DNA from: a virus
Strand: one strand, 5' to 3'
DNA: 30,519 nucleotides
Virus record (IMG/VR): IMGVR_UViG_3300005832_000021
Span: 1-30,519 of that record
The notes beneath the pieces are model-generated. The model saw nothing but the letters and a program-made list of their open reading frames with translations. It ran no database searches and was not told the origin of the DNA. Position numbers and translations under genes: made by a program. Below are positions 8,179 through 17,639 of this stretch, piece after piece (the first letter of the stretch is position 1; each line of letters opens with the position of its first letter).

Positions 8179-9188
8179 AATAAATTGATCCGGTAATTTT
8201 GACGGGTCTCGGCGATCTGCATCGTCGGAAATTCATTAAGATAAAAAACCTCTCCGAGCTCGGCGTTTCCAATCTTTCCGGCGTAATGCGATTCGGCTTT
8301 TTTTAACATCAGACCGGCGATCTGTTTTGTCAACCAAGTGACGTCCATCGGAGCGACGTATCTCGAGATCGCCTTTGTCGTATGAGCGGCGGCGGTCGTG
8401 CCATTCGCGCCGCGCTCGACCGTATAGGTCCGATATACTGCGATCGCCGAGTCGTCGATATGGGCGGCCGCCCGGGTCCCGTTGTAAGCTCGGTCGACGT
8501 ATAAATTATTTGTAGCGATATCGAGTATCCTCATTTGTTCAAGATCGATCTTGAGGATCTCGAGCTCGTTAAACTCAGCGCCATTATCGACCGTTATGAT
8601 CGTATCGCTCGCCGCGATCGCGCCATTAACCTTTGAGGTCGCAGCGGTCGTCGCGCCGGTCGCCTTTACGGCGAGCTGCTCGCTCTCGATGAGTAAGATC
8701 ATCCCGACTGAGATATTCGCGCCGTTTGCGACTTTCAAGTCGGTTTGTGAGTTGTTAAGCGTGATCGTCTCGCCGGTCGCTCTCGTCTCGGAATATTTAC
8801 CGAATGATCCGACGATCGAGACGACGTCCCGCTCTAATTTCCAGGTCGAGAGATTGCTCGAGTCCGGATCGACGGCGAGGCGAGTATAAGGACCGTTTTC
8901 CCAGTGAGCGTTAAGCGGATATTTGACATAATCGCTCGATGAGAGAGTCGTCCCGTCGTGAGTGATCGTCGTAATCGAGAGTAAGTAATCTCGCAAAAAG
9001 AGCGATAGATCTCCGCTCCCGTCAAATGAGCGAGTATCGAGGACCGGCATAAAAAGACCATTTAATTGTTTTTTGCCCTCGAGGAATCTCGTCGCTTGAT
9101 CGAGCGCATCGAGCGCGACCGACTCGCGCTTGAAACCCAGCGGAGAGACCGAGATCATATCGTCGATCGTGCAATAATAACGGGTCAT
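8175..9188 (-). CDS. Putative head-tail connector/adaptor protein with inserted repeat modules
   Basis: 337 aa, positioned between the head and tail genes. It contains two copies of the motif R(A/G)xNGTxAAAH (VDRAYNGTRAAAH and VERGANGTTAAAH), each preceded by an I/L..E.EQ(L/M) segment. Confidence 0.45.
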   Translation of the reverse strand: MTRYYCTIDDMISVSPLGFKRESVALDALDQATRFLEGKKQLNGLFMPVLDTRSFDGSGDLSLFLRDYLLSITTITHDGTTLSSSDYVKYPLNAHWENGPYTRLAVDPDSSNLSTWKLERDVVSIVGSFGKYSETRATGETITLNNSQTDLKVANGANISVGMILLIESEQLAVKATGATTAATSKVNGAIAASDTIITVDNGAEFNELEILKIDLEQMRILDIATNNLYVDRAYNGTRAAAHIDDSAIAVYRTYTVERGANGTTAAAHTTKAISRYVAPMDVTWLTKQIAGLMLKKAESHYAGKIGNAELGEVFYLNEFPTMQIAETRQNYRINLL

Positions 9189-9406
9189 TTACTTTTACGC
9201 CTCGGAGCGCTCTTAACCGCTTTGTCTTTAACGGGCTCATCGAGCGCCTTTGTCTCCGCTTTGGGCTCGACCGGTTTATCAAGTGAGAATGATCCCGGAG
9301 AGTCTCGGAGCAAAAACTCGGCTCGGTCCGGAGCGACCTCGAGCACATCTCCGGCTTTATAAATCTCGGTCGCGTTACGATAATCTGAGACTACGTATAA
9401 AATCAT
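9185..9406 (-). CDS. Hypothetical protein (73 aa, Lys/Pro-rich C-terminus)
   Basis: Tightly coupled to both neighbours by 4-nt overlaps. Codon usage is native. Confidence 0.5.
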   Translation of the reverse strand: MILYVVSDYRNATEIYKAGDVLEVAPDRAEFLLRDSPGSFSLDKPVEPKAETKALDEPVKDKAVKSAPRRKSK

Positions 9407-10935
9407 GATATTGACTCCTTTATTTCTATGCGCTCATATCGATATAAATCGACCTCATAAACCCCTCTCGTCTCGAGCCATCGAGCCCAGCGCTCGGCGT
9501 GATCGTAATGCTGAGGCGCTAAGTCTTGAGCCCCGAAATTATTGTGTATATAAAACTCTCCGCCGTCGGCAAGTAAAGCGAGCGCGGCGTCGAGCGTGTC
9601 CTCGAGCTCATCGGGCGGAATATGCTCGATTACGTCGACCATAACGATCAGGTCGAATCTTTGACGACCATAAAGCGAGGTATTGAAAAGTCGGGCCGAG
9701 CATAAGTCGATCTCGAGCTCGTCTTTGTATCGATGATATAAAAAGTCGTTTAAGACTCCTGGTAATTCAAAAGCGGAGACCGCATTACGACCTTTGAGCC
9801 GCTCGATCTCGCCGCCCAGCCCCGCGCCGATAATCAGGACTCGTTTGTCCTCGACTTGCTCGAGCGGTCCGACGATCTTATGATACGTCGGCGAGACGTT
9901 CCAAGCAATTAAATTATACAGATACCCATTATTCGAATCGCCGTAAAACGATCGGACCTCGTCGGCGCTCTCCGGTTTGAGCTCGATCCAGCGCTCGCGC
10001 GGATACTGCGAGCCGCGCGCCGCTTTGGCGATTACGTCGTCGTAAGTCTCGCCGGTAAAATCGGCGACGAGCTCGACAAGATCAAAATAACCCTGCCAAT
10101 AATCGACGATTCCGGATATCTTGAGATATTCCTGGTAAGTCTCCCAGCCCGAGACAATCCTCGAGATATGACCGCATTTTACTTTTGTTGTCGACCCGAT
10201 CCGGAAACCGAGCGCGCTCGCGTTTTGACAAAAAACGCCGTCCTCGGATTGCCACCCATGCCTCGGATAATACGCCCAGTTAAACTCATCGATCGAGACG
10301 TCGGGCTCATTCTCGAGCATCGCCTCGAATACCTCCCGTCGGATCAAACAATTATGAAACCCGACCATCGCGGTATCCTCGGTATGGTTATCTTTCCATA
10401 CAAGCGACTGAACCGTATCGCCGAGCGTGGTCGTCTTAAACCAGATCGCCTCGGGCGGCCATCCTCGCCGGGTATAGAATCCCTGAAAGATATCATAATC
10501 CCAGCCGTCCTCGAGCGAGCGGAGATCCTCGATATATCCGGATCCGCCCGACCAATCCGAGTCGATCAGACAAAGCGTATCGAGATCGGATTTTAAGAAT
10601 ACTCGGACCGCATCGTTAACCGCTTGATGAGCGACCCGGTCTTTTACGACGAGAAAAGCGTCGGTATCTCGGATCGATAAAGCGGCGTCGACGAGACGGT
10701 CGATCTTGCGATAAGCGCCCTCGTAATCGACGGGACCGCTCAAGCTCGTGATCTCTTTGATCTCTCGCAATATTTGAGCGATCTCTCTCCGCCCGTCCCT
10801 CAGCCCTCGGGCGATCAGGTTTGACCATTCTTGTACAAATTGAGACTCGACCGTTTTCTCGAGACGGGTTACGAGCATAATACGACCCCAGTCTCGGCGC
10901 TCTCGCTTTGGTCTTGATCCGTTATCGTTTGTCAT
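9403..10935 (-). CDS. GT-A-fold glycosyltransferase fused to class I SAM-dependent methyltransferase
   Basis: The N-terminal half has GT-A-like features: a LIDSD (DxD-like) motif after AHQAVNDAVRVF, then ...SEDGVFCQNASALGFRIG...CGHI. The C-terminal half has the SAM motif I VLIIGAGLGGE, then FDLIVMVDVIEHI and ADGGEFYI. Confidence 0.7.
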   Translation of the reverse strand: MTNDNGSRPKRERRDWGRIMLVTRLEKTVESQFVQEWSNLIARGLRDGRREIAQILREIKEITSLSGPVDYEGAYRKIDRLVDAALSIRDTDAFLVVKDRVAHQAVNDAVRVFLKSDLDTLCLIDSDWSGGSGYIEDLRSLEDGWDYDIFQGFYTRRGWPPEAIWFKTTTLGDTVQSLVWKDNHTEDTAMVGFHNCLIRREVFEAMLENEPDVSIDEFNWAYYPRHGWQSEDGVFCQNASALGFRIGSTTKVKCGHISRIVSGWETYQEYLKISGIVDYWQGYFDLVELVADFTGETYDDVIAKAARGSQYPRERWIELKPESADEVRSFYGDSNNGYLYNLIAWNVSPTYHKIVGPLEQVEDKRVLIIGAGLGGEIERLKGRNAVSAFELPGVLNDFLYHRYKDELEIDLCSARLFNTSLYGRQRFDLIVMVDVIEHIPPDELEDTLDAALALLADGGEFYIHNNFGAQDLAPQHYDHAERWARWLETRGVYEVDLYRYERIEIKESIS

Positions 10936-11034
10936 AATCTTGCTCTCCCTTTTGTGAGCGGAGACGGGAGAGGGAGAGGGAGAGTTAACTCCGATCTCCC
11001 GCCTCCCGGCTCGGCTATAAATTCCCTTACGTTA

Positions 11035-11481
11035 TTATGCGCCGTAAGGGTCCAGTTGAATCCATAATATCGCGGCGACGTCATTCGTATTCGTAGGAGC
11101 CATATCGGTAGAGCTCGCATAAGAGATACCGATCGCCTCGTCGGCCGAGAATGTCAATACGCCCGGGCGGATCGTCGCATAAGACTCCTGAGACTGCCCG
11201 GAGGTCGACCCGATTGTCGGATTCGGATATCCGGTTTGCGTAAATTCGGTCCCGTCTTTATGGGCTCGAAAAGCGATCGTCCCGGCGGTTACGGCGGCGG
11301 ATAGTTGTACGGAGATCCCGACGACCGACCCGCTCGCTGGCATGGTTGCGAGCGTGTTAACGTAAGTCGCATCGGACAAAGTAAGATCGGTTACGGTCTG
11401 ATTTGTGACCGCGTTGGCGACGCCATAAACGAGGGCGACGACCGACCCATGTTTTTCTGAGTTTAAGTAATCTTGACCCAT
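11035..11481 (-). CDS. Hypothetical virion-associated protein (possible head decoration/fibre), 148 aa
   Basis: Gene directly downstream of the major capsid gene. It is beta-rich and Thr/Ser/Ala-rich, with an AAGGAG RBS upstream. Confidence 0.4.
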   Translation of the reverse strand: MGQDYLNSEKHGSVVALVYGVANAVTNQTVTDLTLSDATYVNTLATMPASGSVVGISVQLSAAVTAGTIAFRAHKDGTEFTQTGYPNPTIGSTSGQSQESYATIRPGVLTFSADEAIGISYASSTDMAPTNTNDVAAILWIQLDPYGA

Positions 11482-11553
11482 GATTTTTTGACTCCTTGTG
11501 ATCTTATTACCTGGCGCCCAGGTCCGAGCGCTCGGTTAATTGATTCGGATTGC

Positions 11554-12891
11554 TTAATAAGTGATCCCGTGTATCCCGGAGCAATGCAGCGAGGCGCGGC
11601 TTGCGCCGTCGTCTCGAGCGGCGATCCCGATCCGGAATGAGGCGACCATGTAATAAACTCGCTTTTTAATATCGCGATCGACCTCGATCATGATATTACG
11701 ACGGAAACCGGGCATCCACATATCGCGGTTTACAAAGGCGATTTGTCCCTCGTCGTTACTCGCAGCGGTCGCGACGACGAAACCGTCGTCTCCGGCGAGC
11801 GGCATTGAGGCGGATACCACGATCGGGATCCCGTCGATCTTTGCGAGCTCTCCGGCAAGTATGACCGCGTTGGGACCGTATTTGTCGACGGTCCGGACGT
11901 TGGTCAAGCTCAAGAGAGAGACGAGATAGGTTTTAACGTTGGTAATCGCAGCGACCCGAGCCGGATCGACGGCGTATTTTCCCATACGGGCGATCCCGGC
12001 GCGCCATTCGGCGTCATCGAGCGTTGAGTTTACGTCGGTCGATTGTCCGGTCTGATCGACGAGATAATAGTGGCGGATCCCGTCTTTACCGGCGGTCAAG
12101 TAATATGAGTCAGTTGGCGGAGCGGCGTCGTTGAGATTGATATTACCGGTCGCAGCGGCGGTCGCGTCGGCGTTGAGACAAAAACCGTCGGCATATTCCG
12201 CGCCGGAGCGAGCGAGCTCAGATCGTACGCTAGGCATCATCGCGACGATCGAGTCCTCGTCGAGGTTGTAAGACCAGTCGACCTCGGCGATAAGCTCGGT
12301 CGAGGTCATCGTCGGTTTATAGGTCGTGATATCTTGCGCGCTGGGAGCCTCGCCCTCGACCGCTTTTCGCCATGTTACGGTCGACCAAGCGGGGATATCC
12401 CAGGGATCGGACGGCATTTGAACCGCGCCGCCCAGCGCCGGGATTACTTTGGATTGTAAGAAAAAGTCCTCCCAAAGCGAGTCGGCGAGCATCGTCGGCA
12501 CAAACTCGTCGCCCGCGCTCGAGGTCGTCGAGCCCATCAGTTTAACGACGGTCTCTTGTAGCTCTTTAGAGGGCGGCTTGACATTTTGACGAGCGCTCGC
12601 GTCGCTCTTTGCGTACGCTTGAGAGAGAAAGTAATTTGCAAAAATTACATCGCTCGCCTTGCATCCGGCAAACTTACCGGTCGCGATAATATCGTCGTGC
12701 TGCTCAGTCGTGCCGAATAAGGTCCCTTTTCTTACGGGAGTATTCAGCGCGTCGAGTTTTTTCGAGATCTCTCCGAGATCGGCGGATAAGCGATCGATAT
12801 CGAGCGTCGCTTTATCGTCGCGCTCTTTTACGACTGAGATTAGCTCGCTAAACTCTTGTAATGTTTTATCGAGTGTTACTTGATCGGTCAT
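11554..12891 (-). CDS. Major capsid protein, HK97 fold
   Basis: 445 aa directly after the prohead protease (ATGA overlap). It has an N-terminal coiled-coil delta-like domain (TLDKTLQEFSELISVVKERDDKATLDIDRLSADLGEISKKLDAL) followed by a large alpha/beta body. Confidence 0.85.
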   Translation of the reverse strand: MTDQVTLDKTLQEFSELISVVKERDDKATLDIDRLSADLGEISKKLDALNTPVRKGTLFGTTEQHDDIIATGKFAGCKASDVIFANYFLSQAYAKSDASARQNVKPPSKELQETVVKLMGSTTSSAGDEFVPTMLADSLWEDFFLQSKVIPALGGAVQMPSDPWDIPAWSTVTWRKAVEGEAPSAQDITTYKPTMTSTELIAEVDWSYNLDEDSIVAMMPSVRSELARSGAEYADGFCLNADATAAATGNINLNDAAPPTDSYYLTAGKDGIRHYYLVDQTGQSTDVNSTLDDAEWRAGIARMGKYAVDPARVAAITNVKTYLVSLLSLTNVRTVDKYGPNAVILAGELAKIDGIPIVVSASMPLAGDDGFVVATAASNDEGQIAFVNRDMWMPGFRRNIMIEVDRDIKKRVYYMVASFRIGIAARDDGASRASLHCSGIHGITY

Positions 12892-13637
12892 GATATTGAC
12901 TCCTTTATAATTTTATTTAATTCGTTAAAAAATTCGGCGACCCGGACGCGCTCGCTCTCGTCGTTTGTTGGGTTATCGTTGATCGGCTCATCGTCGACCG
13001 GGTTGTCTTTGTGGTTGTCGGTAGATTCGCCTTGTACGGCGAGCGTACCGTCAATCTCTCTTATTTTACTAGCATCCTCGATATCTTGATCGGATTCGTC
13101 GATATCGTCGCTTAAATCGGCGTTTTTTGCGATTGTAGAGCTCTCTGTTAAATTTAACTCGTCGTCGTCGACGATTAATCCCTTATACGCCAGGCGGAGC
13201 GCCTCTTGATTAGCTGGGATCGGTACGAGCGACCATTCGAGCAATTCCCAGGATTTGTAATCGTAACCGCCGGTCTCATTCTCGACGTATTCGAGCGGTC
13301 GAAAACCGATCGAGGCGGTCTTGACGTATCCCTGAGACCATAAGAGCGAGATTACGTTCATCGGGTCGGATTCGTTGGCGGGATCTCGGAGCTCAAAGTC
13401 GACCGTAATCGAGGCGCTCGAGCGCTCGATCCCGAGGGTCCGACCGATCGTCGCCCAGGGATCGCGGTAATTATGACCCCATTGTACGACCGGGTTTTTT
13501 AAATAACTATCGAGGACCGCGCCGCTCGGGAATACTCGATCTTTGTCCCGGTCGATCGCGTCGGTATTAATCCGGATCCGCCCGCCGTTTTCTCTTTCCT
13601 CGATGATCTTAAAATTTGCAATAAATTTCTCAGTCAT
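12888..13637 (-). CDS. Prohead serine protease (HK97 / S78 family) with acidic C-terminal tail
   Basis: ...DRDKDRVFPSGA...VVQWGHNY...IGR...ASIGFRPLEY...LLEWSLVPIPANQEA matches the HK97 prohead protease pattern. It sits between the portal and capsid genes. Confidence 0.85.
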   Translation of the reverse strand: MTEKFIANFKIIEERENGGRIRINTDAIDRDKDRVFPSGAVLDSYLKNPVVQWGHNYRDPWATIGRTLGIERSSASITVDFELRDPANESDPMNVISLLWSQGYVKTASIGFRPLEYVENETGGYDYKSWELLEWSLVPIPANQEALRLAYKGLIVDDDELNLTESSTIAKNADLSDDIDESDQDIEDASKIREIDGTLAVQGESTDNHKDNPVDDEPINDNPTNDESERVRVAEFFNELNKIIKESIS

Positions 13638-13652
13638 AATAATTTGACTCCT

Positions 13653-15767
13653 TTAAAATTCTACCTCGGCGATTTGTGTACAAAGACAGTTGATTACATT
13701 ACCGGCGGATCCCTGAGGATCGCCCGGGTATCGTAAGAGCTCTCCGCCGACGTCGTACGATTCGTTAATCCGGACCGTTTGACCGTGAGCGTTGATATGC
13801 GCGTCTCGTGATCGGCTAGAGAGCGCCGATATCCAGGTCTTACCGGTTACGATCTCGCTTTGATCCCATGCAGCGACGTCGCCCGCGTTGCTCGTCGCGG
13901 TGAGCGTTGTCCGGGCGATCCGCTCGGTTTGATACTCCGACTTTTTGTCGCCGTAAAATTGCGATAAGCGCTCCATGATCGCCGGGATACTCTCGCCCTC
14001 GCGCTCGGCGCTCTCGAATAATTCGGTAAGCTCTAAAAAGGTCGTGTTCTGAGTCTTGCGAGCGTGTTCCTCGAGGATCTCTCGAATAGTGGCCAGGACC
14101 TCGGGCCGACCTTCAAAGTCGGCGAGATCGGCTCCCAAAGCATTGAGCGCGTCGATCTCGTCGTTTGCGACCGCAAATAATGTTACCGTTACGATATTCT
14201 CAAAGCGATCGATAAACTCGAGACGCCATTTATTTTGATCGAATATCGACGAGAGCGGCGGGAGCGGGACCGTCGGCTCTTTATAGCGCCCGCGCCCGAG
14301 CTCTTTACTCTCTCTCAGATTGCGCGAGATCTCGTTTTGTTGATCTTGCAAGTATTTTTTGAGCTCTCTTTTCATCTCAGCGACAAAGCGGTCGATCCGG
14401 ATCGCTTTACGCTTGACAATAACCTCATGCTGCTTTGATCCGTATTCCGGCGCGCCTTTGGTCTTGAGCGCCCGGGTCGACTCTCTTTGGTCCGAGCGCG
14501 GGTCGTCGAGCGTCTCGCCGGTCTCGATCGCCTCGACTGGTACAAGCGAAAACGGGAGATATCCGACGTCGCCGCCCGGGATCTCATCGAGACCCAGCCG
14601 GAGAAAAGCGCTCGCCATATTGACCGGGACCCCTCGGCTCGCTAAGATATTGAGCATCTCGATCTTTCCGGAGACGTCCTCTTGTAAGACCGCGACGGTC
14701 GAGAGGTCGGTCATACACTTTTGATTATTTGTGATGATCCCATTTCGGCGACCGTATCGGGTCAAGACGTCGTCTCTGAATCGGATGATTGGATCGAGGG
14801 TTAATTCCCAAAGAGCCCGCACGTCGCCGTCGAGCTTTGTCGCCGTATCATAAGACTCCGCGCCCCAGCCCATAATCCCATCGGGTACGCCGTATATCGC
14901 GCCGATCTCGTCTCGAGAGACTTTCTTTTGCTCGAGCCATCCGAGATCAACGAGCGAAAAGTTAAACTCTTTAATGTCGGTTACGCCGCTCTCGAGGATG
15001 ATCGGCTCAAAACGTCTCCCGGCTCCGTGTTCCTGCATGAGTTGAGCTTTGTACTCGGCGCGCTCGTCGGCGGTCAATCCCTCGGGAGCCATCAAAGCAT
15101 AATCGGGTCGAGCGCCGCCCTCGTAAAAGTCGAGCGGATATCTTGACGAGTAGATATCGAGCTTGACGCCCAGTCGGGCGGCGGTAAGCGGCGCGATCCC
15201 TCGCCAAATATTGAGCGGATTGTAAAATTTAAAATGGATAAACTCGTCGGGCTCGAGCTTGTAATCGTCGCCGTCTCCGGGTTTGATCCGGTAAAATGCG
15301 ACCTTACGATATCGGGACCCAGCGACGCCGCTCTCCGGTCGGACGTCAAACTCGCTCGGAGCGGTCGCCCAGATCTCGAGCGGATTATTACGGATCGCGC
15401 CGCGTGAGATCTCGAGACCATGCTCGCCGCCGAGCGCCATATCGACCGCCCAGGTCGACCAAAGGTCTGAGGCGCTCATCTCCGGATTCGGGTTTGCGAG
15501 TAGTGTCTCGTACGGATGATCGGAGAGCGTCTCGCTCTCGTCGCCGTTTTCCTCGACGATCTTGATCGGTTTATTGGCGATATTATCTTTCCAGATCCGG
15601 ACCGCTTTTTGTACCCAAATATTCGAGATGAAATATCCCGAGTTTTGGATGTATTCGCCGCCGTCGGGCTTCGATCCGCCTGCCTCGATCCTCAAGATCG
15701 GCTCTCGATATTGTAGCTCCGGGTGTAAATCAAATAAAGCGCTTTTAATTCGGTTTAATATTCCCAT
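13653..15767 (-). CDS. Portal protein fused to a MuF / SPP1 gp7-like minor head protein domain
   Basis: 704 aa. The N-terminal approx 450 aa is portal-like, judged by position and size. The C-terminus ...ARTTLTATSNAGDVAAWDQS...TWISALSSRSRDAHINAHGQ...YPGDPQGSAGNVINCLCT matches the MuF motif (W.a..D.r.r..H....G ... PGdp ... nCrC). Confidence 0.85.
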   Translation of the reverse strand: MGILNRIKSALFDLHPELQYREPILRIEAGGSKPDGGEYIQNSGYFISNIWVQKAVRIWKDNIANKPIKIVEENGDESETLSDHPYETLLANPNPEMSASDLWSTWAVDMALGGEHGLEISRGAIRNNPLEIWATAPSEFDVRPESGVAGSRYRKVAFYRIKPGDGDDYKLEPDEFIHFKFYNPLNIWRGIAPLTAARLGVKLDIYSSRYPLDFYEGGARPDYALMAPEGLTADERAEYKAQLMQEHGAGRRFEPIILESGVTDIKEFNFSLVDLGWLEQKKVSRDEIGAIYGVPDGIMGWGAESYDTATKLDGDVRALWELTLDPIIRFRDDVLTRYGRRNGIITNNQKCMTDLSTVAVLQEDVSGKIEMLNILASRGVPVNMASAFLRLGLDEIPGGDVGYLPFSLVPVEAIETGETLDDPRSDQRESTRALKTKGAPEYGSKQHEVIVKRKAIRIDRFVAEMKRELKKYLQDQQNEISRNLRESKELGRGRYKEPTVPLPPLSSIFDQNKWRLEFIDRFENIVTVTLFAVANDEIDALNALGADLADFEGRPEVLATIREILEEHARKTQNTTFLELTELFESAEREGESIPAIMERLSQFYGDKKSEYQTERIARTTLTATSNAGDVAAWDQSEIVTGKTWISALSSRSRDAHINAHGQTVRINESYDVGGELLRYPGDPQGSAGNVINCLCTQIAEVEF

Positions 15768-15784
15768 GGTCGCATCGCTTTTTT

Positions 15785-16219
15785 TTATGGTAATTCGCTC
15801 TCCCAGTCGTTTTGATTAGCGCTCAAATAAGAGACGGTCGCGAGCCTCGAGCTCTCCCAGTCGGAATTAACTCCGGCAAATAATAACATTCGGAGACGAG
15901 CGCTCGCCGCCGGTCTCGAGAATGTTACGGCCGGACCGTAGGGAGATTGTACCGTCGTCGTCGTGATCGTCGCCGGATCGACGCCGAAAACCTGAGCGAG
16001 TTTATTTGTCACAAAGTCGACCGAGAGCCAATCCTCTTTAAAAACCGCCTCAAAGATTACCGCTTTATTGTCGAGGCGTTTCCGAGTTTGTAATCTAAAA
16101 TTCGGGAATGGCGAGTTTTCGGCTTGACCGAATGTTTTAAACCAGTCGATGAGCGTCTCTCTTTGCTCGACCGTTAGATCGAGATCCTCGATCCCTAGAT
16201 AGCCATGCCAATTTGCCAT
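15785..16219 (-). CDS. Hypothetical protein (144 aa)
   Basis: ATG at 16219 overlaps the TGA of the upstream LamG gene (GTGATG context; GTG at 16222 is also possible). Composition is native. Confidence 0.5.
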   Translation of the reverse strand: MANWHGYLGIEDLDLTVEQRETLIDWFKTFGQAENSPFPNFRLQTRKRLDNKAVIFEAVFKEDWLSVDFVTNKLAQVFGVDPATITTTTVQSPYGPAVTFSRPAASARLRMLLFAGVNSDWESSRLATVSYLSANQNDWESELP

Positions 16220-17637
16220 CACGCCACCCCCGAAGCATTGTAGATGTCGAGTATTTGTACGGCAGTCAGCGCCTTTGTCCAGATTGCGGCGTGGGCGAGG
16301 TAGCCGTTCCAGTTATTCGTTGGCGTTGTGTCTGTTGCGCCAACAATCGTCTCAGTCGCCGATAGTGCCCCCGCCCACGTTCCGAGTCCCGTCATCGTGG
16401 CTCCTTCTTGCACACCATTGTAATAGCATATAGCTTTATCTCCGGCTTTATTCCATGTAATACATAAATTAATCCATCCAGTTGCGGATACACTAGTTTT
16501 TAAAGTTTGTAATAAAGTGCCTCCGGCTTTATATTGATACGTCAATTGATTATTTGAATTCCATTTGGAAATAAGCACCTGATTATTTACATCTACTTTT
16601 ATCTTTAGCAATACGCCATATTTTCCATCCGTCCAAACTCCCGCCCCTGACACCTTCGCAAATATCATCGCCGTCCCAGCCGCCCCGCTGAAAGCCGTCG
16701 CCAGACTCGCAGAATAAATATTCGTGAAGTCATTCACCCCATCGTACAGCGGGCACACGAACGGGCTGACCGACTGACCCAGCGTCACGCCGGTATACGC
16801 GCCGTCCCTGGCGGCTGTGCCCTCCGCATTATCAGCCGCGGGGTATGCCCCCCAATCGCCGTTACTGATCGTGCCGTCGTTGTTGTTGGCGGACAGGTCG
16901 CCTGCTACCGTGCCGTATCCTTCGTTCATGGGCCAAAGGCCAACGGTGTTCGCGTCAACGGTCGGGATGGTGGTGCGGGCGGGTGGGGTGAAACTTCCTC
17001 CACCGGCTGTATATCTGATATTATTACTAATTCTTACCCACCCCATATTACCGTCATACGCTCTCGCTAATACTGAATCAGCTCCAATAACTAAATCTGA
17101 GGCCGCGTCCGTAACAATCGCATCCCCCCTGTCTGTGCCGCCTCCGGAAGATTGCTGAACGCCATTTATCCATATAATAGGGCGTGCGTATGATGCGTCA
17201 TCCCAACACATAGCAACATGCTGCCATGTGTCTAAACTTAATTCAGCGTTTGTTCCGTAGGTGTATCCATCAGTAGTTGCACATCTTACAACAGCTGCCA
17301 GTCTATTTGTTGCAATAGTGTAAAAATACCACCCTCCAGGTGTTGCCGTTGTCTTTGCTGCAATTCGTCCCTGCGATGCGCCACCCATGCTTTCAGGCTT
17401 AATCCATGCCTCAACCGTAAATGCTGCATCATGTAAGTCATCCAGACTGGCCCCGCTCCCGCAGTTGACAACCGTCGTCGACCCGTTGAACGTCAAATAC
17501 TCCTGGCTTGCCGGTATCTCGGACTGCGGCCAGTATGCAATCGGGCCGGTGCCCAGGATGGTATCAGATAGACCGCCCGAGAATCCATGACCGGTCAAAG
17601 GGTGATATCTTTGCGCTCCCCAGTTGAGTCTATACAT
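16219..17637 (-). CDS. Tandem LamG / concanavalin-A-like lectin-fold protein
   Basis: There are two LamG-like units. The first reads [11 protein letters not shown]...WYFY...[14 protein letters not shown]...IWINGVQQ. The second reads MIFAKVSG...[25 protein letters not shown]...[22 protein letters not shown]. The ORF coincides exactly with a compositional island. Confidence 0.75.
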   Translation of the reverse strand: MYRLNWGAQRYHPLTGHGFSGGLSDTILGTGPIAYWPQSEIPASQEYLTFNGSTTVVNCGSGASLDDLHDAAFTVEAWIKPESMGGASQGRIAAKTTATPGGWYFYTIATNRLAAVVRCATTDGYTYGTNAELSLDTWQHVAMCWDDASYARPIIWINGVQQSSGGGTDRGDAIVTDAASDLVIGADSVLARAYDGNMGWVRISNNIRYTAGGGSFTPPARTTIPTVDANTVGLWPMNEGYGTVAGDLSANNNDGTISNGDWGAYPAADNAEGTAARDGAYTGVTLGQSVSPFVCPLYDGVNDFTNIYSASLATAFSGAAGTAMIFAKVSGAGVWTDGKYGVLLKIKVDVNNQVLISKWNSNNQLTYQYKAGGTLLQTLKTSVSATGWINLCITWNKAGDKAICYYNGVQEGATMTGLGTWAGALSATETIVGATDTTPTNNWNGYLAHAAIWTKALTAVQILDIYNASGVA

Positions 17638-17639
17638 CG

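Noticed and set aside
10168-10828. ORFs 10168..10596 + and 10616..10828 - inside the GT-MT gene
   Set aside because: They are antisense or alternate-frame shadow ORFs with no independent support.
10966-10984. (GGGAGA)3 tandem repeat considered as a CRISPR-like or satellite repeat
   Set aside because: It has only three 6-nt units and no spacers. It is better explained as an anti-SD/pyrimidine tract in the mRNA leader.
10932-11120. 62-aa minus-strand ORF spanning the GT-MT leader
   Set aside because: It runs through the pyrimidine-tract leader and overlaps the end of the 148-aa gene in another frame. It has no RBS and a low-complexity product.
14056-15819. Cluster of plus- and minus-strand ORFs within the portal-MuF gene (for example 14359..14724, 15092..15421, 15296..15565)
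   Set aside because: They are shadow ORFs with Arg/Ser/Pro-rich products, nested inside a 704-aa gene that has recognisable motifs.
16219-17637. Possibility that the LamG gene is the target of a diversity-generating retroelement
   Set aside because: There is no reverse transcriptase gene and no template-repeat copy of any LamG segment elsewhere in the genome.
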